Source: a virus (taxonomy: Duplodnaviria > Heunggongvirae > Uroviricota > Caudoviricetes). Taken from it: a DNA stretch of 64,000 nucleotides. Shown piece after piece: positions 29,475 through 39,230 of this stretch (its first letter is position 1; every line of letters begins with the position of its first letter). Both the position numbers and the translations under genes were made by a program. The stretch lies in IMG/VR virus record IMGVR_UViG_3300044295_000306; one strand, given 5' to 3'. The notes below the pieces were generated by a model. That model saw only the letters and a list, made by a program, of their open reading frames with translations, made no database searches and had not been told where the DNA came from.

Positions 29475-29484
29475 TCAATATCCC

Positions 29485-29778
29485 TTACAATATAATCCAA
29501 CGTTGATTTGCCGATACAGTAACAGTTATATTATTAGCAATAGTAATAGGTCCTACAGACAATCCATTATATCCAGTGCTTATCGTGTAATTAGCCGTTA
29601 CATTAGCAGAATGTACCAATATACCATTATTATCAACAAACGCGGGAGCTTTAGCTTCTCCTGTAGTGTTATTCCATGTTAAATTCGCACTACCTGATAG
29701 TCTTCCATTCAAATTATATTGAATTTGTGTATTAGATGATCCAGGTAAATCATTACCAATATATTCATATCTATCCAT
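29485..29778 (-). CDS. Small fibre-associated protein
   Basis: GSSNTQIQYN..G.LSGSANLTW and NGLSVGPITI...VTV..NQRWIIL motifs typical of phage fibre adaptors. Confidence 0.65.
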   Translation of the reverse strand: MDRYEYIGNDLPGSSNTQIQYNLNGRLSGSANLTWNNTTGEAKAPAFVDNNGILVHSANVTANYTISTGYNGLSVGPITIANNITVTVSANQRWIIL

Positions 29779-29779
29779 G

Positions 29780-30109
29780 TTATGCTATCTCAAGTAATGA
29801 TGCTACAGCATCCACAGCAGCATTAGCTGAAGCACTAATTGTTAAACTATCCGATGCCTGTAATACAATCTTCTGTGCTCCACCAACAATAATCGCTGTC
29901 GTATTACTGCTAATAGACACATTAGAAGCAATCTGATAATTAACAGCAGACCTTGTTAACGAAACAGTAGCAGTAACAGCACTTGTAGATTTATTACATA
30001 ATGTCAAACCAATCAATGTGGTTTGTGTAGCAGCCGGAGTTGTATATACAGTATTACCTGTTGTTACAATGTTTGCAGCTACGTTCGATTTAAAAGTATT
30101 AGTTGCCAT
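29780..30109 (-). CDS. Small virion structural protein
   Basis: MATNTFKS...VYTTPA....TLIGLTLCN...KIVLQASD pattern; own late promoter. Confidence 0.7.
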   Translation of the reverse strand: MATNTFKSNVAANIVTTGNTVYTTPAATQTTLIGLTLCNKSTSAVTATVSLTRSAVNYQIASNVSISSNTTAIIVGGAQKIVLQASDSLTISASANAAVDAVASLLEIA

Positions 30110-30128
30110 TTATTTTCCTAAGATATTC

Positions 30129-30136
30129 TATTTATA
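30129..30136 (-). promoter_or_regulatory. T4 late promoter TATAAATA heading the fibre-cassette operon
   Basis: Exact consensus 20 nt upstream of the 30109 start. Confidence 0.85.
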
Positions 30137-30784
30137 TTATCCTAATGCAATAGAAAAAGCTAAAGCGGTTCCAACAGCATTATCTATAGCATTATATATT
30201 CCTGTATTTGCAGTACCAATTAAATTAACTATATTCGCAGTATTTGAATTAATCGTACTAATATTACCAGTAGCCACTATACCCGTCGTAATATTAGCGG
30301 TTGTAATATTACTTATAGTTAAATTACTCGATGTAACATTAGCACTTGTAATGGTTGCAACTGTAATACTGGTTGTATTCAAAGATGTATTGCCAACAAC
30401 AGAAAGATTATTAGCAAAACTACCACTACCCGAAACAACTAAATCATCAAATCCAATAGCATCAAGAGTCACATTACCTGAAACAACAAGATTACCAGAA
30501 ATTAATACGTCACTAGAAACATTCAAAGTTACAGCATTGACACCAGATGCATTCAATGTCGTTATTGAAGCACCAGACATATTAGCCGTGGATATATAAC
30601 CTCTTCCTGTAACTACAATACTATCTGCTACATTAAGAGTATTACCAGAACCTGTTATATTAATAACAGCAGAAGTATTTAATGCGGGTCCATCAGTAAG
30701 ATTATTTGCAACAGTAATTAAATTCTGAGTGGCAATTAACCATTGCTGAAATGTATTAGCTGTTGTAATCTGTTGAATAGCCAT
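30137..30784 (-). CDS. Fibre-like protein (N/T/S/V/I-rich beta-repeat)
   Basis: ITTANTFQQW N-terminal baseplate-attachment-type motif; AFSIALG C-terminus. Confidence 0.7.
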   Translation of the reverse strand: MAIQQITTANTFQQWLIATQNLITVANNLTDGPALNTSAVINITGSGNTLNVADSIVVTGRGYISTANMSGASITTLNASGVNAVTLNVSSDVLISGNLVVSGNVTLDAIGFDDLVVSGSGSFANNLSVVGNTSLNTTSITVATITSANVTSSNLTISNITTANITTGIVATGNISTINSNTANIVNLIGTANTGIYNAIDNAVGTALAFSIALG

Positions 30785-30996
30785 TACTTACCTTTATTTT
30801 CTATGTGATTTAATACAGCTTTTATCATTTCTTTTATCTCATAAACATCTTTTTCAAGAGTCTCGATTCTATGCTCTTTATGTAGATGTAACTCTCTTTT
30901 CTGATTATTCAAAGCCAAATCACCTCTATTTCTATTTAGAAGAGCTTTGGAATGCAAATCTCTTTGTAAATTACTATTTTCAGTCTGTATCTTCAT
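30784..30996 (-). CDS. Small conserved protein after the giant baseplate protein
   Basis: LQRDLHSKALLN...IETLEKDVYEIKEMIK coiled coil. Confidence 0.7.
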   Translation of the reverse strand: MKIQTENSNLQRDLHSKALLNRNRGDLALNNQKRELHLHKEHRIETLEKDVYEIKEMIKAVLNHIENKGK

Positions 30997-30997
30997 A

Positions 30998-32518
30998 TTA
31001 ATTATTCAATGCAATTGATCTAAAATTCTTTATTCTAGGCACTTTAGTCGTATCCGAACTTGTCATTACAATCTTAATTGCAAACGTCTTGTAATTGTTA
31101 TAGGTAACACCATTCGAACCCACATAACTGCAAGTAGTTGTAGTAGGAACATACAGATATTCACGATAATCTAAATCATGTTGCGATTTAGCAGTATCTA
31201 AAAGAGTTTCATTTCCTTGCTGAACACATTGCATTACCACATAAGGTCGATTGTCAAATAAATCAGGATCTTCCGCAGATAATATCTTGTAATAAACAGT
31301 AATATCTGTTTCGGCTAGATTAACCGCATCAATATAAATTCTTAAATTAGAAGCATCAAAACCATCATTTAATGTCACTCTTCTTGTTATATATCTAGCT
31401 AATCCATTACCACCTTTAGCTGCCAATTCATTAGCAATCGAAATAGTTGCTGTTGTATTACCAGAAGGTACAGAAGGTGCTGCAATAGTACCCGTAATAG
31501 AACCCAAATAACCACTACCAACAGAATCTACTATAACACTAACAACATTACCATTAGCTACAACAGCATAAGCATTAGCTCCTGAACCAGTTGATCCAGA
31601 AAGAGTAATTGACGCATTAGCTGTATATCCACTACCACTATTAGTAATTGTAAAATCAGATGCTTTTAATCCACCGTCATTAATAATGTTTTCTACTGCA
31701 ATAAGATGCAATCTGGTCAAATCGATCATTGGAGATACATTAGCATCAGTTGATGAAAGATTCGCACGAAGAATGAAAGTATTGCCTGTTGGATCGATCT
31801 TTATTCTATTATTAAGTTGGATGTTTGTTTGTGTCTTTAATGGTGTAAAACTTGATAAAACGCTTGAAGTATTATCTGTACCCTCAAAATAATAATCAAT
31901 TTCGGTATTTTTGAAAGTCAAATCTTGTGTGCCTATATTAATAACATCGGCATATACTTCTGAAGATGGTCCAACATCATTGAATGTAAATGATGCGGTA
32001 TTTGACGTGTAGTATGAGAAATCGCAACGATTTACTCGGAACATCAAATCGATATCTTGATATGGGGTGTATGTTGAACCATTTTGCGATTTAAAGAATG
32101 ATCCGGTATATGGTTGTTGAGAAATTAATCTCTCTGAACCATCACCCATTGTTTGACCAATTTGGGCCACATATACTTCATATTGATCGGAATTTGTTGA
32201 AAGAACTATAGCATGTTCGCCTGGTACTAGATAAACTGGTGTAGGAAAAGTAAATCTTGTAAAACTTGGTCCAGATAGATAATCTAGATTAGGATAATCT
32301 GAGATAATAATTTGTGATGATTGAAGTGATACTTGACCAAAAGGATATACAGTAGAAGCATGAGGAAAGCCATTTACTGTTGGACGTAATTGAAGAGTAA
32401 ATGGCATGAAAGTCAGATTATCTCTTTTCTTAAAGCAGATATCAATAGAACTTACAAAAATACCTTGCGGACAATCTGATGAATCAACAAAAAATGTTTG
32501 TGCTACTGGATTGATCAT
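30998..32518 (-). CDS. C-terminal part of DUF4815-type giant baseplate/virion protein, encoded as a separate gene
   Basis: Starts NPVAQTF (DPLAQTF-like); GSFFKSQNGSTYT...DLMFRVNRC; ARYITRRVTL; FAIKIVMTS...PRIKNFRSIAL. Confidence 0.8.
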   Translation of the reverse strand: MINPVAQTFFVDSSDCPQGIFVSSIDICFKKRDNLTFMPFTLQLRPTVNGFPHASTVYPFGQVSLQSSQIIISDYPNLDYLSGPSFTRFTFPTPVYLVPGEHAIVLSTNSDQYEVYVAQIGQTMGDGSERLISQQPYTGSFFKSQNGSTYTPYQDIDLMFRVNRCDFSYYTSNTASFTFNDVGPSSEVYADVINIGTQDLTFKNTEIDYYFEGTDNTSSVLSSFTPLKTQTNIQLNNRIKIDPTGNTFILRANLSSTDANVSPMIDLTRLHLIAVENIINDGGLKASDFTITNSGSGYTANASITLSGSTGSGANAYAVVANGNVVSVIVDSVGSGYLGSITGTIAAPSVPSGNTTATISIANELAAKGGNGLARYITRRVTLNDGFDASNLRIYIDAVNLAETDITVYYKILSAEDPDLFDNRPYVVMQCVQQGNETLLDTAKSQHDLDYREYLYVPTTTTCSYVGSNGVTYNNYKTFAIKIVMTSSDTTKVPRIKNFRSIALNN

Positions 32519-32543
32519 TATTTTTCCTATAAATTTTTATCTA

Positions 32544-35500
32544 TTAATCGCTTGGTGCACCATATCCATATGATGAAGATCCTGTATCGGCATATGGAAT
32601 TATTGAAGTATATGAAGCTGGCGCACCTGATGTTAGTGGATCAGATCCCGATGGTAATCCTAAAATCCAAGGTGTTGGACCAATATCCCAGCTAACTGGA
32701 TACCAATTATAGAATGCACCTATATTAGGATTATTACCTGAATAAAAATGACCATCATATGAGAATCCACCTTGCCAAGCAACATTCTGTGTTTTCCAAT
32801 AACTAGACCAAGATGATGGAGAAACTCCTGTTGATGTTAATATCAAACTACCAACAACTAAACCATTTTCTGATCCAGGTGTTGCTGCTCTACGATAATA
32901 TGGTCCAGTAGATGCATCATTAGCTATTGTAGGATTATACTCACTTGAAGCAATTCCTGTATATTTAGAACCAATATATACAACTCTCCATGCTATTAAA
33001 CCACCAAATGCACCCATGGGTTGTCCACCATCTCTCTGACTTACATCCCAAACAGCAGTATAAGCAACAGGCGCACCAGCATAACATAATATCAAATAAT
33101 TATCATTATCCGGAGTCGGTGCAGGCATACCAGGAACAGGAGCTGGCGTATTATCACTAATAATAGTAGTTCCTACCAATGAATCCGTAACAGCATAACT
33201 TGTCTGATTTCTTGTGTCGGAAATAGTCTTTGACTGTATCACAGGTACTCTTACAGAAACAGATACATCTTCAACAGTATTCAAATAACCCTGTGCATAG
33301 TAATTAGCATCAGCAAATGATCTAATATTATTTTCATTGTCAGAACTATCATCACATATACGGAATTTTCTTTCACCTGTCCTGAACTTATATCCATTAT
33401 CATATGATGTTGCATTATAAGAAGGTAAATGAAATATACCTACTTCACCACCAACATCATCAACAGATGCATAACCAATAGAATATACAGAAGTCGAATC
33501 AGGAATTACAGACCAACTTGATGAAATAGTTGCAGTCTTTGTTGTACCATTATATGCTGTAATAATTCTTGTTTGACCTAAACCTTTTCCACTTACAATC
33601 TTTATTGTATTAAAACCTGTCAAACTATTGTAATTAGCCGCGGTAATGTTTTCACCATAATTAAATGTTTTTGTCTTAAAGAATGTATCGGCTGCAACTA
33701 ATGAAGTCATTGTATTAGCAAAATCATTGTAAATGTTATCATATGTCATACCATTGTACAATGTAACATTACTTGAATTTGCTGATGCCACATTACCTGA
33801 TATAATAACAGGAACGTCAATCTTTGCAGTCACACCACTTATTGATCCTGTAATAGTATCATTTGCAGCAAAAGTACCCTGAACATCAACAATATAAAGC
33901 TTTGTTGCAGGTGAACTCCAGCTATTATCAACAACTTTTAACACTTTAGCTGTACCGCCTGATGTTGATGTGATTGTTTCCGAATCACTCAGATTTACTT
34001 TAAACTTACCATTCTTATCGTAAATAGACAGGAATGAAGGTTTTTCAATAAAATTATCAACATTAGTACCATCAAAGAAATGATATGAGCGCATATTAGG
34101 CATCATATTCTTTGCTGAATAATATACTTTTTCTGCTCTCATATAAGGAACAACTGATAAATCAACTTGTCTGTTTCCAATACTCTTGATAACAGATTCT
34201 GGTACCAAAGTATTGAATGGTTGTGTTGTTCGTGTTTGAACAGAATTTACTTGTGTTGTAGTTCTTGTAATAGTATCTTGATAAGTCAAATAACCTTCAG
34301 TTCTATTCTGTGTGAATGAAGATTGATCAGTAACAAAAGGTGTTCCTTGACTTATTGTTTGCCAATCGTTCCATACAGTACCCCAACCTGGCGCACGCGA
34401 ATCATTCAATGCTTGACCAATAGCTGCCCACGCATCATTATTACCTTCAAGATTAACTAATACATCAGGACGTTGATTTGTATCAATCCACGAATCTCCG
34501 GGAGGATCTAATTGAACTGTTCCTGTAAAGTTAGAGAACATGAATGGATTAATAGCAACCGAAGAACTATAAACATTCTGTGAAACCAACGAAACTTCCG
34601 AGAACTTCATTGATACTATATTATTCGCATATATTGATCCATATACAGTATTAGCATAATCAATTGAAAAATCAATAGAATTTGAAATGAATGATGGACG
34701 TAATTCGTTAATATTAGTATCAATTGAACATACATAATCAGGATTTTGTACGTCACCAACCGAATGTCCCTTAAATGCATCAACAAGAATACCATTCTTG
34801 AATCTCTCTAAACCAGCAGAATCAAGAATAGACATATCAGAAGCTTGTTTTTCTAAAGTATTAAGCGTAGTATAATACTCAAGATTATTGATTCTTTTCT
34901 CTAATTTACCAATATCATTCATTGTGTAACGCTTGTTCTCAAAGTAACGAACAGTTACATCACTTGGAAAGAATGTATATGGTGGAACACCAAGGGTGTA
35001 CAGAGTCATTGAATTAGATGGCTCTGATGGTGTTTGAGGATATAGATCGGGAGTACCCTCAATTATTCTAAATTGTCTTTCGGGTGTTAATACTAGACGA
35101 TCTGCTCTAGGAACATAATATGAGTAATCAGACTGTACATATTGATCTTCTTTTGGTAATGATATACCGCTTAATGTAAAGTCTGGTGTTGTATTAGCAG
35201 CATTAGCACGAATTGGTCTAAAATCAATACAATCCCTTAATGCATATACTTGACCGTCTGTTGGACTTGTATAATTAGGAATCTTTGCATACCTGATAGA
35301 ACTGTTAGCACCCAAGTTGGTATCAGTATATGAATCGACAGAGATATAACCAGATCCGCTATGAGTAAAGTAATTAAACAATACAAGAATCTGTCCAGAT
35401 GGTGGTGTAGCACCATGATTCAATACAATACCACCATGATCATAATAAGTATCGCGTTGACCATCATCCAATGTATAGCGATATGTAATATCTTTTGATG

Positions 35501-37637
35501 TATTGGTTAAATCAGACACACTTACTGCAACAGCGGTATTTTGTGAATCAATAACTTTAAATGATGATTTTCTTGTTGTGCCGTCTGCTTTTGTTATAGT
35601 GAAATAACCGTAATTTTCTTCAAACTTACCGTCAAGTTTATAAACATCTGACACATAAAGAACATCAGTATTGCCAGGTACTTTATTAGGAGTACTGATA
35701 GCAACTTGACCATTTGCTGAATAAATGGTTGTATTACCGATAGTTGTTCCACCAGAAACAGCCACGTTTGTTGTATTGGCTAAGTTAAGTGTTTTTGTTC
35801 TTGGTGTAGAAGCAGAATAATCAACTGTTGCAATAACATCAATAGAAGTAAATTGATTGTTGCCTAGATTAATAGCTGCTTGTGTACTTCCTGTTACTGT
35901 AACTGTTCTGCCTGTTGCAGAAACCAATGGAATTACTGAGTTAGCAGCAAAACCGGCAGCGGCGGTTCTTGTTACAACCATGAAGTGATTAAGTCTATCT
36001 GTATCGGCAAGTGAACCATTGCCAACAAAGTAATTTGATGCAGAGCCAGTATTGATTGTTACAACATTAGATACTGGAGATTGTGCTGTAAATACTTTCT
36101 TTCCGCGATAACTTTGATCTGCCATTCCATATGCAACAAAACTTTGTGGTACTTTGAATACGAGTTTGTTATAATTGGTATCAGATAAGAATGTATTACC
36201 TGAAGCATCTTTATTTGTAGTGCTTACATCAGCATTTGCTGTGAATGTTGTTGGTGTACCTGTTGTTGCAACAACAATAGATTTTACATTCTGGATATTA
36301 TTTGCAGTAAATCTTGTATCTGTTAGATATACATCATATGTGTATGTGTTTGATAATTGGGTATTAGAAGCTGCAACATAGTCAATTTGTGCTACTCTTG
36401 CTGTACCAATTCGTGTTCCTTGATATGTCGAATTGCTAGTCTTATCGATACTAGATGCAATTACATTATGTAAATCAACAATCTGGAATGTTGAGATATT
36501 GAAAGTGCCTGATACATTAGCTGCAACAAAGTAATTTCCCAATGTTGTGGAGATATCATAGTTTGAAACATTTTGTTTGGTTCTTGCTCGGTCAACAGCA
36601 ATGTTTGTGGGCGAAATAGTTTCAAACTCAAAACCATTTACATACGCTTTACCAGCAGATAATGTTGCTGTAAATAATTCTGTGTTTGCTGTTTGACCAG
36701 CGTCTGGTATATGTTCATTTAAATTAATTGTAAATGGTTTTACGGTAAAATTACCTGATTGATCGTATGTTCTACGAGCTAGTGTTTTTTCTAGATCGGC
36801 ATAGCTTGTATATACAACGGATTTAGTCAAAACACCATTTTCAACACGGGCAATTTCAATAAACTTTGAATCATCTGTTGATGTAAGAGAGCGTTTATCA
36901 AGGGTAGCTGTAATCTTATAACGTGCAGCACCCGGTGCTTGATAATTTGAAGCTTCTAGAGCAGGATCTAGTAATGAAACATCATCTACTTCTGTGACAA
37001 TTTCATCAGTTAAAGTTAAACCAATTCTATAAGAAGGACTACTACTGTATGTATCAAGAGAGATTGTTTGTGCATCAACTTTGACGAAATAGCCATCAAC
37101 GTAATAAATGCCATCATTTATACTGAAACTGCTCGAATTGCCTGTTTGTGTTGAAGCTGCTGTTATAGCTGTATTTGTTGAAGTTTCGAGTGTATATACG
37201 TTTGAGCTTGTACTGAATGTGAATGAATTGGTAGAAAAAGGTACTGTATATTGAATAATCAGGGTAGGACCATTAGCTGTATCTGTTTCATCAACGGCTA
37301 GGACTTTAGCGATACCTGCATTACTTGAATTGCCTAGATCGTTGGTAATGATTTTGCCATTGAAATTATTAGCAACAATGAAATTGCCATTAGCGTCAGT
37401 TGTTTTAAGTTTTAGATATTTAACAAAATTTGAATATGTTTGTTCGCCACCTGTTATTAATGAGCCATTTTTGAATATGTTATTACCAAAACGACTTACT
37501 TGATTTTGAAGAATAGATTGAATTTGAGTAAGTTCACGGGCTTGAACTGCATAACCTGGACGAAATAGAATTTTAAGAAACTTTTTCGCTTCATCAAAAT
37601 CATCATAATATGGATTTATATTAAAATCTGTTATCAT
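32544..37637 (-). CDS. Giant baseplate-associated structural protein (DUF4815-type), N-terminal part, 1697 aa
   Basis: FNINPYYDDFDE.KKF.KILFRPGYAVQARELTQIQSILQNQ; APGA.RYKI; RRTYDQSGNF; ERFKNGILVD.F. Confidence 0.85.
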   Translation of the reverse strand: MITDFNINPYYDDFDEAKKFLKILFRPGYAVQARELTQIQSILQNQVSRFGNNIFKNGSLITGGEQTYSNFVKYLKLKTTDANGNFIVANNFNGKIITNDLGNSSNAGIAKVLAVDETDTANGPTLIIQYTVPFSTNSFTFSTSSNVYTLETSTNTAITAASTQTGNSSSFSINDGIYYVDGYFVKVDAQTISLDTYSSSPSYRIGLTLTDEIVTEVDDVSLLDPALEASNYQAPGAARYKITATLDKRSLTSTDDSKFIEIARVENGVLTKSVVYTSYADLEKTLARRTYDQSGNFTVKPFTINLNEHIPDAGQTANTELFTATLSAGKAYVNGFEFETISPTNIAVDRARTKQNVSNYDISTTLGNYFVAANVSGTFNISTFQIVDLHNVIASSIDKTSNSTYQGTRIGTARVAQIDYVAASNTQLSNTYTYDVYLTDTRFTANNIQNVKSIVVATTGTPTTFTANADVSTTNKDASGNTFLSDTNYNKLVFKVPQSFVAYGMADQSYRGKKVFTAQSPVSNVVTINTGSASNYFVGNGSLADTDRLNHFMVVTRTAAAGFAANSVIPLVSATGRTVTVTGSTQAAINLGNNQFTSIDVIATVDYSASTPRTKTLNLANTTNVAVSGGTTIGNTTIYSANGQVAISTPNKVPGNTDVLYVSDVYKLDGKFEENYGYFTITKADGTTRKSSFKVIDSQNTAVAVSVSDLTNTSKDITYRYTLDDGQRDTYYDHGGIVLNHGATPPSGQILVLFNYFTHSGSGYISVDSYTDTNLGANSSIRYAKIPNYTSPTDGQVYALRDCIDFRPIRANAANTTPDFTLSGISLPKEDQYVQSDYSYYVPRADRLVLTPERQFRIIEGTPDLYPQTPSEPSNSMTLYTLGVPPYTFFPSDVTVRYFENKRYTMNDIGKLEKRINNLEYYTTLNTLEKQASDMSILDSAGLERFKNGILVDAFKGHSVGDVQNPDYVCSIDTNINELRPSFISNSIDFSIDYANTVYGSIYANNIVSMKFSEVSLVSQNVYSSSVAINPFMFSNFTGTVQLDPPGDSWIDTNQRPDVLVNLEGNNDAWAAIGQALNDSRAPGWGTVWNDWQTISQGTPFVTDQSSFTQNRTEGYLTYQDTITRTTTQVNSVQTRTTQPFNTLVPESVIKSIGNRQVDLSVVPYMRAEKVYYSAKNMMPNMRSYHFFDGTNVDNFIEKPSFLSIYDKNGKFKVNLSDSETITSTSGGTAKVLKVVDNSWSSPATKLYIVDVQGTFAANDTITGSISGVTAKIDVPVIISGNVASANSSNVTLYNGMTYDNIYNDFANTMTSLVAADTFFKTKTFNYGENITAANYNSLTGFNTIKIVSGKGLGQTRIITAYNGTTKTATISSSWSVIPDSTSVYSIGYASVDDVGGEVGIFHLPSYNATSYDNGYKFRTGERKFRICDDSSDNENNIRSFADANYYAQGYLNTVEDVSVSVRVPVIQSKTISDTRNQTSYAVTDSLVGTTIISDNTPAPVPGMPAPTPDNDNYLILCYAGAPVAYTAVWDVSQRDGGQPMGAFGGLIAWRVVYIGSKYTGIASSEYNPTIANDASTGPYYRRAATPGSENGLVVGSLILTSTGVSPSSWSSYWKTQNVAWQGGFSYDGHFYSGNNPNIGAFYNWYPVSWDIGPTPWILGLPSGSDPLTSGAPASYTSIIPYADTGSSSYGYGAPSD

Positions 37638-37645
37638 CTTAACCC

Positions 37646-39214
37646 TTAAAATTTAAATACAAGTCTAATATTCTCTGATTGACCATCAACTCTTTGAACT
37701 TTCGACACATTTTCTGCATACAATATATCACCAGAATATGGTTCAAACTCTGGATTCGTGTAAGAAACAACAAATCTGTATATCCCCGATGTTTGTCCAT
37801 ATAAAGCACGTCCAACAGAAGGTGTTCCTCTCACATTGGTCAATTTTATTGTTCCTGATGCTAATGAATCAACAACAAATCCACTAAATGTAGGAGCAGT
37901 CAAACTACCCTGATAAACGTACTCATTTAATGTGTAATCACTACCATATGAAACCGTAACATCTGTTGTCTGAGAAATCACAGTATTAGAAACAGATACA
38001 GTTTCAGCACTTGTTTCGTTATATTTATATGGGTTTACAAGCAATCCATATGTTCCAAAATTAGTATTTGCTGATATTAAACCGCTCTCAGAGGTATCAT
38101 TTTCACCTATAATCACTGAAATCATGGCATTGTTAGCACCCAATTCAAGAGCTGGATTATAAGCATGACCATACTTTGGCGGCAATACTGCCCTTACATT
38201 AGCTCCACTTCCTGTACCATAAACATATACATTAGCATATCCATAGCCTGAACCCGGATTATTGACGTCCACTCTTGCTATGGAATTATTCGTTATTACA
38301 GAAGAACCTGTAGCTGATATGCCATCACCATCTATTGATACTCTTGTTTGGAAATTAATCTGACCATTACCTGAACTGGATGTTGGTGTTGAAAGGGTAA
38401 TTGAGCCATACACTAGCGAAACACTACTTACATAAGTTCCTGAAGATATTCCATTGCCGGTAACGTACATATTGACTACATTACTTAGATTAAATCCATT
38501 TGCTGTGAGATTAAATGTATTAGAGAACTGAATAGAACTGTTTCCTGCTGGATATGTGAGTGCTGTAACATTAACACCATCAGTATAGTTATTTCCGCCA
38601 TTTACTACGATTGTTGAAGATATGATACCATCTACAACACCTTCGGTATTTACTGTAAAATCTGTTTGACTGGTGGAATAAGGCGCGGGCATCCAGTCAT
38701 TATCTAAGAATTTATTTGATTGTTTGACATTGTACATATATTGCCAAACATAATTATCTGTGGAAGTATGAATTCTTCCATTTGATGAAGTGTATGTTCC
38801 TGTGGGTTCTACTGTACTATTTGCGCTATTATTGTTAGAAAGACACTTATAAACATCAAAATTTGAAGTCATTACATACATTGGCTTCAAATTCTGGGTG
38901 GTATTAGCTATTAAAAGACTTGAATACTCAATAGTATCATCATAAGCAATATATTTGGTATTTCCTGTCCAATTTACCCGAGGAATAACTAATGAAATAT
39001 CATTGCCAGTAACTCTTTTGCCACCAATCATATTGTCCCATATATTTTTCTCTGTAGCTACCGTATCGACTATTGAATTGGGAGTAGCATTGGAAGTAAC
39101 ATGGTCTGATATGATTACATATCCCAAAGTTGCTGGTTCTGGCTCAAAGAATGATTCTTTGAACTGTTGGGCTGTATTATAGCCTGATTTGTAAGATTTG
39201 TATGATGTTCCCAT
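37646..39214 (-). CDS. gp8: Baseplate wedge subunit gp8
   Basis: IPRVNWT...Y..YDD, YVMTSNFDVYKCLSNN, DNYVWQYMY, GDILYAEN..VQR. Confidence 0.9.
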   Translation of the reverse strand: MGTSYKSYKSGYNTAQQFKESFFEPEPATLGYVIISDHVTSNATPNSIVDTVATEKNIWDNMIGGKRVTGNDISLVIPRVNWTGNTKYIAYDDTIEYSSLLIANTTQNLKPMYVMTSNFDVYKCLSNNNSANSTVEPTGTYTSSNGRIHTSTDNYVWQYMYNVKQSNKFLDNDWMPAPYSTSQTDFTVNTEGVVDGIISSTIVVNGGNNYTDGVNVTALTYPAGNSSIQFSNTFNLTANGFNLSNVVNMYVTGNGISSGTYVSSVSLVYGSITLSTPTSSSGNGQINFQTRVSIDGDGISATGSSVITNNSIARVDVNNPGSGYGYANVYVYGTGSGANVRAVLPPKYGHAYNPALELGANNAMISVIIGENDTSESGLISANTNFGTYGLLVNPYKYNETSAETVSVSNTVISQTTDVTVSYGSDYTLNEYVYQGSLTAPTFSGFVVDSLASGTIKLTNVRGTPSVGRALYGQTSGIYRFVVSYTNPEFEPYSGDILYAENVSKVQRVDGQSENIRLVFKF

Positions 39215-39220
39215 AGCTTT

Positions 39221-39228
39221 TATTTATC
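39221..39228 (-). promoter_or_regulatory. Late promoter variant GATAAATA upstream of gp8
   Basis: One mismatch to TATAAATA, 6 nt from the start codon. Confidence 0.55.
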
Positions 39229-39230
39229 TA

